Below are positions 24,801 to 38,236 of a stretch of DNA of 64,000 nucleotides, in pieces. The DNA comes from Paraspadella gotoi (lineage: Eukaryota > Animalia > Chaetognatha): positions 6,123,919 to 6,187,918 of the forward strand of contig CM119269.1 of assembly GCA_051294375.1 (NCBI GenBank). The letters are read 5' to 3'. The translations under genes and the position numbers were made by a program. The notes below the pieces were generated by a model that saw only the letters and a list, made by a program, of their open reading frames with translations, had not been told where the DNA came from and searched no databases. Position 1 is the first letter of the stretch. Each line of letters starts with the position of its first letter.

Positions 24801-26323
24801 ATCTGCAATCAAAATTAAAAAAAGCCTATTTTGAAATTTTTCGATTTTATAAGGATAGTACTATATATAAATATAGCCTACTGCAAAAATTATAAAACAT
24901 AAAATTAATTTTTTATAAATTAATGTTCACTGATGGTATGTTTGTTCTTAATTGACTATTAGAATTTTCGTATGTAACTTTCACTACGCCTTATTAACCA
25001 GCGTGACCGTCGGGGATTAAACCTGGAACTCACAGTTGGTGAACGAGTACTTAGCTGTCCATGCCAATGGGACGAGCTGAGTTTCACCAATCTATACGGG
25101 ATGTGAATTTAGGATTCGCCTCAATGCAATGTCCCCATTTTCTAAAGTTTCGTCGAAAGGAAGGTTCGGACAGGACCAAAATCTGCCACCTCTATCGAAA
25201 AAGGACATATTCTACAACCGGTCGATCTTGGACATTGACCATTATCAATCGATAAGAAGCGGGTTGGCGAGGATCGAAACATCGGAAACGATCGAGGACG
25301 AAGATCGAGTGGAAGAGGCGAGTTTTAATCCAGACGTTAGTTTAATATTTGATTTTTAAAAGTTTGTTACTGATAAAGTGATCATAAATCGTCCATCCAT
25401 CCAAAGATAAAGGCGATTCGTCCGAAGAAGGCCGACAAATGCTACTCGTGCTTCGTCAAGGTCTTAACGATGCTTGATTGCGGACTGATGAAGAGTCCCA
25501 CGTTTTTTCTTATCAACGTCAGCAGCACTTTGATCGTCATGTCCCTGACCATTCCTTACATGTATTTGATGAAATACGGCGAGTCCGTCGGCGTCCAGGT
25601 AAGCGAGAGTAAATCCGGTTCCCCTGTCTTTCCACTTTTGAATTTTGTTTTCATTCGTTGTTTAATTTGGGAGTTGGTCTTCCGTCCCTCAGCGATCTTC
25701 GTCGAAATGGTTCATCTCGATCATCGGAATCTGCAGTTCGTGCTTTCGCATCGTCGCCGGACTAATCGCCGACGCGCCGTGGGCGGACGTCGTTCACATC
25801 ACCACCGTTTCGCTAACGATAGGTTAGGTTTAAGAACTTTTTCCAAAGACGTACTTACCCTACAATCACGCTTTGAAATCGTTCCAGGAGCCGTCGCTAC
25901 TTTTCTCTTACCCTTCTACGCGACGACGTTTGCTCTGATAAGCGTCTACTGCAGCATTTTCGCCTTCTCCGTCGCGTGTTACGTGTCGTTGAGACCGATC
26001 GTCATCGTAGAGTTGTTCGGGTTGGAAAACCTTACCAGCGCGTTCGGACTCACGCTTTTGTTTCAAGGTAAAACATTTCTGAATGGGATGTCAGCTTTTA
26101 TCATTCAACGACGCCGTCTTTTCTCCCAGGCATCGCGTCACTCTTGGCCCCGCCGCTAGCGGGAAAGCTCTTCGAGGCTTCGGGGTCATATACGTTGACG
26201 TTCGTGGCGACAGGGGTAGGATTCATGACTGCGGCCGCGCTCCACGGTCCCGTCAAGCAAGTGGCGATTTGCGAGGGGAGAAGAAAGGAGCGAAGGGAGA
26301 CAAAGACGGAACAAGTTTTGTGA
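21826..26323 (+). CDS. Monocarboxylate transporter (SLC16/MFS family) with a long central loop; about 14 exons; start exon uncertain
   Basis: PPPDGGYGWLVV, LTNRFGCR, VGLYFEKRRATATGISVCGSGVG, YGWRGSFMI, GALFRP, loop motif PLSKKDIFY, ELFGLENLTSAFGL; ends TEQVL* at 26323. Confidence 0.93.
24251..25081 (-). mobile_element. Degenerate family L element (copy B) split by a MITE
   Basis: 24251-24383 matches the 3' half of copy A; 25002-25081 matches its tRNA-like head (reverse complement ctcagctcgtcccattggc...ccaggtttaatcccc). Confidence 0.75.
24384..24993. mobile_element. hAT-type foldback MITE, 610 bp
   Basis: TIRs taaggcgtagt(a/g)aaa; exact 8-bp TSD ttaaccag (24376-83, 24994-25001); the whole element is an imperfect palindrome. 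Confidence 0.88.
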
Positions 26324-26529
26324 TTCCTTGCGTTGCTATTTTGTTTCTTTATGATTAAAATCGTTTGTGGCTTTTTGTTTGTTTTTTTTTTTTTGGCGTT
26401 CTGTATCGTGGAGCTATTGTTACCTGAAAAAATTAAATACGGTCATTGATTAAAACGTTTTTTTTATTTGTATAATTTTTGGTAGACATTAGACTTGATG
26501 ATACAAAATGAAAAACAGTTACTGTAAAT

Positions 26530-28318
26530 TTACTTTTGCGTTTTAGCTTGGCGATTTGCTACAAATCTCGATTGATTGGATGTTTTGTTAAGGTTTGCTT
26601 TTTGCCTGGGCTTTGTATCTTTCGGAATTATTTCTTTTTTATTCTGGGCTCGATTCTCACGAGACCTAAAGAGAAAAATTGTGAATTAAAATTTTTTGAC
26701 ATGGCAGTTATCAATAATCTTTGGTTCTTACACGTTTGAATTTCTGCTGGATTGATTTGGACTACTCTTGCGCTCCGGACTTTTCGGCGAAGTTGACGCA
26801 ATCGACGATCTTACTTGTTTAGACGATGTTGGAGGATTAGTGGCTTTTGATTCTTTGATAGACGGATGATTTCTAACGGTCGTATTCGAAGGCAAACTAA
26901 ATAGTAGTAAAAATAAATGGCAATGCGTGGCACTAAATTAAATAAAAACACTTGATCAACTCTCCTTAAATTTTGAGCGAGGTTTAGCCGATCTTCACTT
27001 GGGCTGCTCGAAATTGTAATTGAATTTTCCAACTGTAATGGAAATAAATACACAGGTTGAAATAATACAGCATACAGTACAGTACAATCACCATAGTAGG
27101 TTGGAAGAGGCGCACTCATAACTCACTGTGTTTGAAGCATGGATCGCCGCAAACTCGTTTTTCGGTAGCTCGTCACTAAATTTGAAATTCTTATTTTCAA
27201 AAAGATTGTAAAACTATTGATGAAATTGTTAAACCTTATAAAATTTTTTAACCAATTTAGAATAATTCGTTATAAATTCGTTAATTATTCTAAAGTGGTT
27301 TAGAACCAAAGCAAAAGTCTTGACCAATTTTCACCTCACTTTCTTTCGCCCCTCCCTTCCCGATCGTACCTCATTCGAAACTCGGAATCGTTCGCGTCGA
27401 CATCCAAATTCACTGTGGAGTAATGATCGGTCACGATTGAATCTGCGTCGGTCGCTTCGTTGATCGTCGCTACCGGCACAGGGCGATACTCTTCAATGAC
27501 GTCACTTTCTTTTGGTCTCGATCGAGGGCGCGTCAAGGTGATTCGAACCGAAGGCGGGGCCGCCGGCGAAGTAGGGCGCGCGGAGCTCGAAGAAGGCGAC
27601 ATGGGGTTTGGCTTTTCCGAGCCCTCGACGGAGGCAACGAGGGCCGTTGCCTTCGAGGAAATTGGCGTGGCTGCGTTTGACGAAGTTGGCGCCGACGCGT
27701 TTGATGTAGTTGGCGCCGACGCGTTTGACAAAAGTGGCGCCGCCACGTTCGACGAAACTGCCGCCGACGCGTTTGACGAAATTGACGCCGCTGACTCAAT
27801 AAAGTTATTAGGCACCGCCGCAGTAGATTGAACGGGCGCTGACGAAACTTTTGTATTTGTTCGCGAAGTGCTGCTTACATTTAAGGGCGTCGAGGCCTTA
27901 GAAGCGACGGGCACTGGGGCTTTATTACTATTAACATGTTGTGAGCTTTCGGAGGCCGTTGCTGGAGACGACGGCGACGTCTTTCTTTTTTTACTTTCTT
28001 TCGACTCTTCAAAAATAAGAAGAAAACCCACAAATATTCTTAGACGTTTGTACATACACAATTACACATTACTCGCGGACACAATATTACTTGTTTACCA
28101 CATTATAATTACACTAAACGTTAAAATCCCAAAGCTTTTAACTTTCTGAATTCACCTTCGGGGGACTTGGATCTTCTTCCTTCCGCTTTCGGAGAAGCGG
28201 GTCTGATGGTATCGGAACCGGCCGCTTCGATGTCGCTCAAGACGGGAGCCTCGAACCCGCTTCGGCTCGGCCGCACGGCGAGCAACTGGGCCGAAGCCGA
28301 TTTAGGCTGAGTAAATCG
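26530..28318 (-). CDS. Ser/Ala/Pro-rich low-complexity exon chain (~405 aa); alternative IFT80 tail or separate orphan gene
   Basis: Exons 28156-28318, 27370-28006, 27127-27175, ~26965-27032, 26732-26896, 26530-26665 are phase-compatible (one donor uncertain); 8-aa SSNASAPT-type repeats. Confidence 0.65.
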
Positions 28319-28729
28319 CTGGGGATGAAAAGGGTATGGAATGGACAGGAATAGAATTAGGGAGGAAAGGAAGGGATAAAAATAATCTTTAGTTCTCAGA
28401 AGAAAAAAAAATTATAAAAGGCAAACTAACAAAACGATGGAAAGAAGTCGTTCGCAAGCCATGAGGTTTCAACGTATATCGTTTCGTTTCTGGTTAAAAT
28501 TTGATATTAACTCCTTGTCTCTCACTTCGCATGTATTTTTGGCCTAAAACCTATTACAATAAAGTAACGAGGGAACTAGCTCAGAAAGCTATGATGTTTA
28601 ACTTAGGCTATGAATAAATAAATTCTAGAATTTAAAGATAATTGAATGTATTAATAAAGATGCACGAAATGCGAATGCATATACAAATATATGTAAATAT
28701 ATTTGGTTATTTAAGAATTAGTGGTTAGG

Positions 28730-31700
28730 TTACAGCTCGTCGTCCGAAGCGCCGATTTCGTCTTCGCCGGCAAAATCCCCGTCACCGCCGCGCCCTCCGA
28801 AACTTCGACTCGGAGGCGTGTCGTCGGTCGCGGGGGCGCGACCTGCGTGACGCGGGGCTTTCATCGGGACACTTACGGCGTTGGGGTCTCGTTCTCGGGC
28901 GTACTCCATATTGATCTTGGCCTGAGCGTTTTTTTTTTCAAAGGGTTAATAAGTAAAAAAAAAAAGAAAATTTAAAATTTAACCTGAATCGCTTCCCAAT
29001 CTATATTCATTCCTTTGGCGACGAAAGCGGCAAATAGTTTTTTATCCTCGGTGGCGCCAATCGTTTTTAAATACTTTGACCTAAACAAACAGCCGAGATG
29101 ATGTTTTTAAAAAAGTAAATCGCATTTGCGGTACTAACAAGAAAACAAAGTAAAAAAGAATTGGAATTACCTATAACCGATGACGGTATCAACGTGAGTT
29201 TTGTGCTTGATAGCCAGTTCCATCGCTCGATCCCATCGATACAACTGAATGTTCAACATGATGGCCCTGAATATCAATCCAGCCTGAATAAGAATTCCCT
29301 CGGCATCTGTCGCGTTGCCGGAAAGCAACGCCAGTTCTGCGTCTTGGGCGCGCTTGGACGGAATGTCTCGAATGTAGGTGATGTAGCCGACCTTTCAAAA
29401 TTACATCATTATTTCTTTAGCAAATTCAGAATACAAACTAAATTACATAACTAGTAATTTTTTGGAAAGCAGCCAGTAATGTATTGGCGCCTTCATCAAT
29501 ACCTTGTCCGCCAGACCGAGAGCGGCGTAAGCAATTTCAGCCGTGTCTAAATTCTTCTGATAGGAAGCCATGGTCGCCAGACACGCCCAGAGACTCTCGT
29601 CTTTGGCCAACCTGGAGTGAGGAAAAAGGAAAGTTAAATTAAGTTACAGGCCGCCGGTCGCGTTCCCGACTCTACCTGCAGAGCCTGACGGCGTCGTCCC
29701 ACTTAGCCTCGCTGGAAATGGAGTGCAGGATTGCGGGATAAGGTGAGATGTTAGACGAGACGAGAGCGCCGTCCGCGCGTCGAAGGTTCACCATCGGCCC
29801 GCGGAAGGACAACATCTGGGGATTTTTTCCGAACTCGCTGAGATTCTAAAAATCGTGGATGGAACTGGTTATATAGTCGGCGGCGAAATCTCGCGCAGTG
29901 AAATTAGTGCACAAGTGTAAAAAAACCTTTTCGATGCACGTAATCTTGAGAAGATCGCGATCGACGTAGACGGCGTTGGGATAAAGCCAGACGGAAAACT
30001 TGCCGTCTTGCTGAGCGGCTAGCATGTTACAGGAAGAATTCCACACGATGCCGGAAACCATCGCACCGAGTTTCTCGACGCGAGTCGACTTTCCAATTTG
30101 CCTTACGCCTAAATCGAGCCCAATTCATATAGTCTTCAATCGCCAAAAGTCGTTACACCGTCGAAGATTCGAAGAGTGAGACTTAATAGGTTCTGGTTCC
30201 CTCCAGTTGAAATATCCTGTTACTTACTGATAAGGAAGAGATCGTAGTTCTTATCCACGAACGCCAGACGACGCTCGTTTGCGGCGCCCGATTGATCCAA
30301 AGCGATCTGCAGGACCTCCGTTTTATGTTGAAAGGGTTTCCCGTCTCCCAAGGGCTTGCCCGTCCCGGTGTCGAACAGACGAATCTGACGAAAGATGTTA
30401 AGATTTAACGTTCGCAGGTGGACCTCGAAAATTATAAATCATAAAAGATACATACCTGAGATTTTCTGTCAGTTTTATCGTGAGCCGCGGCAGGACCGCT
30501 TTTGGCGCCCAGAGACATTCCTTCCTCTTCTCCCTTTTCCTAAAAAAAATAAATTCGTGGTTGACGACGAACGCAACTCGGTTAAAACATCCGCCCCGAA
30601 TTTCACTTTGATGGCAATGGTGTCGTTGGAGAGCGCGATGGAATTCGAGTTGAGGGCGTCCGTTTTAAGAGAATTATATTTAGGCTGGTGAAGGAGTCGT
30701 CCGTCGTAGGAATAAACGAAAATGGCGGCGCCGTCGACCAGAGCGAACTGGCGAGAGGCCAGCACTATCATGTGGACCGAAGCCTCCTGTTGAAATCAAT
30801 CGGGACAATACAATTAACATTGTCTAATATCTAGCAAATAGTGGCCTCTGCCTAACCTTGAGATCGAAAATCAAGGGAGTGTTCCAATTTTTTATGGAGT
30901 AGACGTAACACTGCGAAGTGGAGGCAACGACGAGATGGTCAAATCCAAAAGCGACTTTGATGATGCGATCGCGAACGTCAAGATGCTCCGTAGCGTCCGA
31001 GGAAACGTCGTAAATTTCGATAGTCTTTTGACCTAAATGATTGTATTTTGACAATCAATCTTGACAATCATTTAAAAACTGGCTACACAGTACTCACTAG
31101 TCACGGTCATTTCATAATTTGCCCATTCAAGTTTTCGCCCCACAACGTGGCAAAACAAAACTTGCCCATTCCCGCAAGCACCGGCAACCTCGAGTAAAAA
31201 AATATGAATACTCTGTGATTGTAGGAGATGATTAATTATTATTTAATATGTACGGACAATTTTACACAACTGTATTACCTCACTAACTTATCTTTGTTAA
31301 CTTTTTTAGATAAATAATTCAACCTGTGTGCCGTCGGAAGACCAAGCCAAAGACAGAACTGAACCGAGCTCCGCTTTGTCCAAGGAGTAGGACCATCCTA
31401 AAATACCATGAAAAGGAGTTACATATGAACGAATTTAAAAAAAAGAGGAAAAAACTCGATAAGATGTTAATAATTATCAAATATATAACAATCGATACAA
31501 TGACAATGACACTGAATTTAGACCTTTTTTATCACACAGACGGATGGTGTTGTAAGAAGCCACCGCGAAACTTTCTCCATCGGGAGCCCACGCGCACGAC
31601 GTAACGGGATAGTCGTGCGGCATCGAAGTGTAAAGGAGTCGACCGTAAGAATCCCAAATCTGCATAAAATCGAGAGAGTAATTTATCTGGATATAACTGT

Positions 31701-32742
31701 TTTTTCGAATATTATAGCACCTTGTATCGGCAATCCTCGCTCGCAGAAACGATCAGATTATTGGTCACATTCCAATCTACTTTCAGGATAATTCCCTCGT
31801 GCGCTTTCCAATTCATTGGTTTTAAATGAGCCTTGGGGGGAAAATCGTTTTCGAGGTCAATTTTTATTCGCTTTTCAAAAGATCGGGAAAAGTACCGAAA
31901 ATTAGTCAAGAGCCGCGTGACCATTTTTATACTTGCAAAGACTTGATGGTGAGGCTTTTGCCGGAAGTAAAGAGAATTTGATCGCTGTCCGGTCCCCAGG
32001 CGACTGAGTAGACGGGCACGCTGCCCTGTGACAGGGTGCTGCGTATCATTCCCGATCGGGACCACGTCTTCACGGTTCCGTCTTCACCCGCCGTGACCAG
32101 AGCCAGTCCGTCGTGTGACCATCGTCCACTGGTGACGGCGCCCTAATTAAATGTGGCCCTCTATTGCCTTATCACAACACCTCTTGAAGAGGGAGAGTCG
32201 TCGGAACGTCAGGGCTTATCGAAAGTAAAGACGTTCCATCTTCATTCCTCACCTTATGAGCGTCGACGGATTTCTCGACACGCCCATTGGAGGACACGAG
32301 ATGGAATTTGCCGTCGGTGGATGTGAGGAGGAAAACGTCGAGGGCGCCGGGCTTTTTGGCGGATTTCGGCGCCCAGTGAAAGTCCGACGGGAAGACCTCC
32401 GACGGGAGATGAGACACCTAATTGGATAGACGAGAAAACTACAAAGGATTAAGGAATCAAATAATTATTCCTGAAATGTTAGAATTTCTTTTTTTTTACA
32501 ATTTACAAATTTTTTATAAATTTATTACGATTCCTAATTTCTTAATTTTTCTTTTAAGAAAAATATTCTTCATTCTGCCAAGGTTGTCTATTTACTTCTT
32601 TGACTTCGTCAGTGATGAGATTTGTCTTCAAAATTTTGTGGTCATCGGCGCAAGAGAAGACTTCATCTGCAGTCGTCCACCCAACGCAACTTACCAACTC
32701 AGAATGCACAGGCTTCTTTCTCAGAGTCACTTTAAATCTCAT
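28730..32742 (-). CDS. IFT80: Intraflagellar transport protein 80
   Basis: [83 protein letters not shown]; exons splice GT-AG colinearly with IFT80 as I recall it. Confidence 0.97.
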
Positions 32743-33084
32743 CGCTTTTTAATTTATTCTGTCGATCAAATGTAGGTTCATAATCAAGCAAGGTTACACA
32801 ATTTCTAACATTGAACAAATGACAAAGTTTGGCTAATGTCCTTTTTCATTAATAATGAAAACTATCACTTAATACGTAAAAATTAAACAATCCAAATTAT
32901 TAGTTTGAAAACGAAACAACGATTTTTTTTTCAACGAAATAAAACAAAAGCAAAAAGTTTTATTTATTTTCTGAAAGGAAAAAGACAACAATTTCACACA
33001 ATGTTTATAAAAGATTAGCGTTTCCCATTACAAGCTCAATCAAAAGCAAGCAAGCAAAATTGACCCAGGAAAGTTATTTCGACG

Positions 33085-33098
33085 GTATCCATGGTAAC
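33085..33098. promoter_or_regulatory. RFX X-box in the IFT80/SLC35F6 divergent promoter, with CCAAT boxes at ~33119 and ~33261
   Basis: GTATCCATGGTAAC, ~345 bp upstream of the IFT80 ATG; RFX regulates IFT genes. Confidence 0.8.
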
Positions 33099-33855
33099 GA
33101 AACGTTTCCGTCAACCTGATTGGTTGAAGTATAATTTGATTCGGTCTTAACAATATAACTGTTGTAATACAAAAAAATAATACTGCAAAGTCGCTTTAAC
33201 AGCTGTTTAAAATTTATTCTTTTAAAAATTGTATTAATGTTAATCATGAACAAAAGACAGCCAATCAGCAGCACCCGCAGTTAATTCAGATCATATGATC
33301 CGAGTTCTCACTCCTCCTGCTTTGTTTAACTTTGTCAGTAACACTCCTCTTAATATTTCGGTACAAATTACAAAATAATTCATTTCTTACTTTTGAATTG
33401 AACAATGTAATTTTCGATATTTTTGATGTATTAATTTTTAAACGTAAGAAAATTAAAAGGGTTACTTGTTTTACTTCTGTATTTTAGATTATAATTTAAA
33501 ATTACACTGTGAAAATATTAAATTACTAGCCTAATTTAAAATCCTAAATTTTATGATGTGGAGGGGGATGTTATGTCATCATACCAAACGCTGATATTGG
33601 ATATCAGATTTCGATCTTTGCACGCTGATTTTCACCTTCGACCTATTTTTTTAAAAATTGCTTCTTTTTCTCTTCTTTTTTTTAGGTTGGGGAATTAACG
33701 GGGTTGTGACTGTTTTGAAGAGGTAATTTTAAATAACGTGTCTCAACAATTTTCGGGAAGTTGTAATTTTTAATATAGTGTTTTGATAGAAGAAACTTAA
33801 ATCCATGAAGTCAAACTCTCCATCGTCATAATTCCTTGGAATTGGATGCAAAAAA

Positions 33856-36800
33856 ATGGGTCTCACAAAAGGACAAATATTGCTTGCGGTTGCCATGCTG
33901 GTGACTGGCAGCATTAATACTTTGACCCAAAAAGCGCAAAATGAATGCAAGTAAGTAAATTGTACTTACATAGTCGTCAACAGTGAAGAGGTAATAAAAC
34001 CAACTATGAATATTTTGTAGAGCCAATGGATCTGCTATTGGTCCTTATGCCAATGAGACTCTTCCGGCTCATCCATTTGCTCATCCTTGGTTCCAAGCGT
34101 GGATAATGTTTATTGGAGAATTTCTGGTTCTTTTTGCCTATGTATGTTACCGCCATAAATTAAAAAAAGAAATATGGGCCGATTATCTGATGAAGGTAAA
34201 AAATACCAAATAACGTATTATCGGTGACTGCCTTTTGACTTTTAACTTCATTTGCAGATAAAAACCTCTGCCTCATACCCACCCGAGCCTCCAGAAATGC
34301 CGGGTTATATCGCCCCAATATTTTTTATAACCGGGTTTTTCGATATACTCGGTTCTTCTTTGGCTGCTATTGGTCTTGTATATATCGATGCATCCGTTTG
34401 GATGATGTTTAGAGGATCAATGATTATATTCGCAGGTATATCACGTTCTTTCTTAAAAATATCAATGTAAATATCGTTATTAAATTTAAAAAGGAAAAGT
34501 GATTTGTTCCTAGGTTTCTTGTCATGTTTGTTTCTAAAGAAAAAACTTGGAATTAAACATTGGTTGGGAATAACGATTACGGCCGTTGGGCTAGTCTTGG
34601 TTGGACTTGCATCGATATTAAGGAACACTCATGAACCTGGTAATTGGTTAATATTATTTTCGATATCATATTAGTAATTAATATTTAAATTGCGCATTAT
34701 GGTTTTTTTTATTAGAAACGGAAAATCATCAATCAACAGAAACGACTATGTTAGGAATAATGTTCATAGTAATTGGACAACTTTTATCTGCTTCTCAAAT
34801 GGTTCTTCAAGAACTTTTTATGCGAAAGTACCAGAACGTTCATCCAATGCAGGTATGACTTCTCATTAAATTTTAATATTATCAAGTAACCTTTTCTAAA
34901 AATTTATAAATAGCTTGGATGTTGGAGCAGAAATCATTCAAAATAGTAAAACATTTACCTTATACTTGGTAGGTCGTCGCATCTGAAGGTCTCTTTGGTT
35001 TGCTCGCCATGAGCTTGGTATTCTTGCCTGCTTTTTACTTCATTCCTTGCCCAGGGAGTCGAAGGTATGTATTAATTTTGTTTGTACTATAACGGTTAAA
35101 TTTAATTTTGTCTGATGAACCGGAAAAAAATTTTTTTCTCTCAATCATTATATCTCAATCACTATTCACTAAAACTCTAGTTTTCTTTAAACTACTAGTA
35201 GATTATTAGGATAGAAATAAAAATAGCAACATAGATATCAAAAGTCATTTATTCTGATTAATTGAATAGTCTAATGGTGAGAACGATTTCTACTAAAATT
35301 TCATCTTTCTTTTCGGAAATGACGACTTTTAAAGTATAAAGAGATTAATAAAATTTGGTAAATACTGTAGGGTAAAAGAAAATTTAATTTTAATACTATA
35401 AACTTTTTATTAATTTAACTTAAAAAACATGAAAATTAAGGACCTATAAAAATATACTGGTAGGCTTACTTTAAAATTTTATGTATTACTTAAAGCCAAT
35501 AAGCTATATTTATGTGTAATTATAAGTATGAAATTGATACAACCAATTTAAAAATTATCCATTCATTTAATAAATAAGCTGTCTTGCCTCTGATTTTGGA
35601 CAGGCTTACAAGATAATGACATAGCAGGTCCCTGCAAGCTTTCAATCAAGACTCTCTCAGAGTCTCGTTTATGCACTCCCAGAGCACCTGGTTTCCCTAT
35701 CAATGAAGTGGAATAATATTTTAAAGAATGTTTCAATTGTATATAATAAGCTAAAAATTTAACATTTTTAATTTAAGGATTCCTAACTAATTTTTGTCAT
35801 CAAGTTGTAAAAAACAATATTTTTAAAATGATATTTGACAGTACAATAGACTGATATCTCATTCTTTGTTATCTTTAAACGCCCTATTGATTGATTATTA
35901 TGGCTTACAGATGTGAAGACGCAATCGACGCCTTTTACCAGATTTATAATTCGCCCAAGCTGCTTGCTTTCTGTTTGTGTTACATTTGCTCAATTGCGTT
36001 TTATAATTTTCTTGGAATCGCCGTCACAAAATCTTTGTCAGCCGTTCACAGGTTTTTGATATTCGCTCGAAAAAGAAAACTAGGAAACCTAGAAGAAGAA
36101 AAATTTACGATGTTTAACACTTATAGGTGTATAGTCGATGGATGCAGAACTCTGACGGTATGGCTGGTAAATCTTTTCATTTACTACGTCATTGAACGAA
36201 GTTTGAATCCTAACGCAGAACCAACTTTTGGTGAAGAGTTCGACACTACCTACGGATTTTTGCAGGTCAGTATTTTTACGCGAATCGTTTTTCCGATTCG
36301 CCATTAAATTGAGAGATACAATTACAACCGTTTTCAGTTTTAAAGTTTAAATTATTTTTGTTTTTTTAGATCGACGGCTTTTTGTTTTTATTGATTGGAT
36401 CTGCCCTGTACAACGAAATAATAGATATACCCTGCTTGCCAGAGCGGACCGAACCTGTCGAACAGAACACAGCCCCAGGTAGTAATTATTACATGACTGT
36501 AGCAATGTAACAATTCAAAATTAATCTTAATTTGCTCTTTAAATTTTATTCTTTCACTCAGACCCGAAGCCGTCGGCGAGAAATGAATCTGTTCTTTCAG
36601 TCAACGGAAGTTCTGCATATGGATCATTGCCCGTGAGTTTTGAACTACGAATTAAAATTAGGCTTAATTTTACTTTCGCCGACCGAGGTTTTGGCGATTT
36701 GAAAAACTTAAAAATATTTATTTTTTAAAACAAAATTTAAAAAAAATTTTACTTAATTACCCTCACCTCTTAACCTTAACCACCAGTTATTTTTCAAAAC

Positions 36801-36994
36801 GTCAAAATCTCTGTCGGCGAAATTAAAATTCTACTTATCGATTTAATCATTTTTGTATATAATTATAACTAATTATAATAATTAAATTATCTTCGTGTTT
36901 TTTTATCAATATATAGGTAGCTGATAACAATAGAGAAACGCTACATTATGAACCTTCGGAACGAACAAGATTGCTCTCGGCAACAAATGCGTAA
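33856..36994 (+). CDS. SLC35F6: Solute carrier family 35 member F6
   Basis: MLVTGSINTL, FAHPWFQAWIMFIGE, IDASVWMMFRGSMIIF, SIAFYNFLGIAVTKSLSAVHR; C-terminal dileucine motif ERTRLL. Confidence 0.93.
35527..35742 (+). mobile_element. Repeat family H copy in an SLC35F6 intron
   Basis: High similarity to 7613-7798 and 7436-7530, with an internal deletion. Confidence 0.85.
36661..36834. mobile_element. PIF/Harbinger (Tourist)-like MITE
   Basis: TIR ggcttaattttactttcgccgac...gtcggcgaaattaaaatt; TTA on both flanks. Confidence 0.75.
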
Positions 36995-37300
36995 ATACAT
37001 GCATACAACGGTTTCTGCTAAACATTTTATATTATCCGACAGTTGCCATCATTTTTTTATTCTTTAACGACCTTAGTAAAATTGTATCCTCTCTTTAAAT
37101 TAAACATGAGAAATATCATTTAATTTTTTAAAAAATTGACTATCACTTTTCTCAACCATAGAATCAATGTAATGGTGTTCGTTTATTAGTGTTCTTTGAT
37201 ATTTATTTTTTTACATTTTTTTCAATTTTTAGTACTTTAGGAATGAATTTTTAATTTTTTTCTAGTATCAAACATTAACTTGTGTTTTGAACAGATGGAC

Positions 37301-37410
37301 GCACAAAGGTATAAGAATATAGTCCTATTAAAAAGATATAATATAATGTCCATTTTAGACATTATTTAAATTAAATCCAGCTTTACTATTACGTTCCTAT
37401 ACCTTTGTGC
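37301..37410. repeat. Small inverted-repeat element between convergent genes
   Basis: gcacaaaggtataagaat ... gttcctatacctttgtgc (16/18 match). Confidence 0.7.
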
Positions 37411-38236
37411 CAATTTGACTAACATACATTAGCTAAATTTTTAATAAACTACATATTATTCCGATTACAGATTAAAATTAACACACAATAATTGTCATCC
37501 CTTTTTATTAATGAAAAACATTTATGACAAAAGCTTAATAAGTTGAAAATCTGGTCAAACTCCATGAAGCTGTGAACATGCAATTGCAAGACGAAAAGTC
37601 TCGAATCACTTTTGGGTTTTTGTTTCCCTAATTCTAATACGTGTTGGGATCATCACGTGCTAATAACGAATACGCCATAAATGCCTAAAAATAAATTGAA
37701 AAACGCCGAGTTAGAACCGTTTCATCGACGTGCTGGGATAAATCGCTAGTCTCAATCATGTTTTAAAATGTTAAGCTAAATTTTTTAATACTTTAATATC
37801 ACAAGGATAATGCTTATGATGTTAAAGTTTTGTTAAAAATAATTTTCATGCAAATAGCAAATGTAAATTATTATTTCAAGCATTAAAAAAGCTACGTTAA
37901 GAAGGGAAACAATTTAGTAACGGTGACTGGTGGCAAAATAACAAAAAATCACATAACGCTTAAAGAAAATGCAACTTAAAACGCGAGGAATGTAAAGGAA
38001 ACAATTTAGGATTTAATAATGTCCCATAATCAATGTCCCAAAGCTAAATAGGAATACATTAAACGATTACATAGGAACAAAATAACATTAATATTATATA
38101 TAGATGAAGGGGTTAAAGAAATACTTAAGAACAAAACCATGAACTGTGTAAATAAATTTAAAATGGGGGAAAAATAGTAAAAGTAGATCATAGACGTTCC
38201 ATCGATCTTCCGTCGTCACGCTGAGAGTCCGTGTCC

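Noticed and set aside
28730-28747. KDEL-like DDEL at the end of IFT80
   Set aside because: IFT80 is cytosolic/ciliary with no signal peptide; likely a chance acidic tail.
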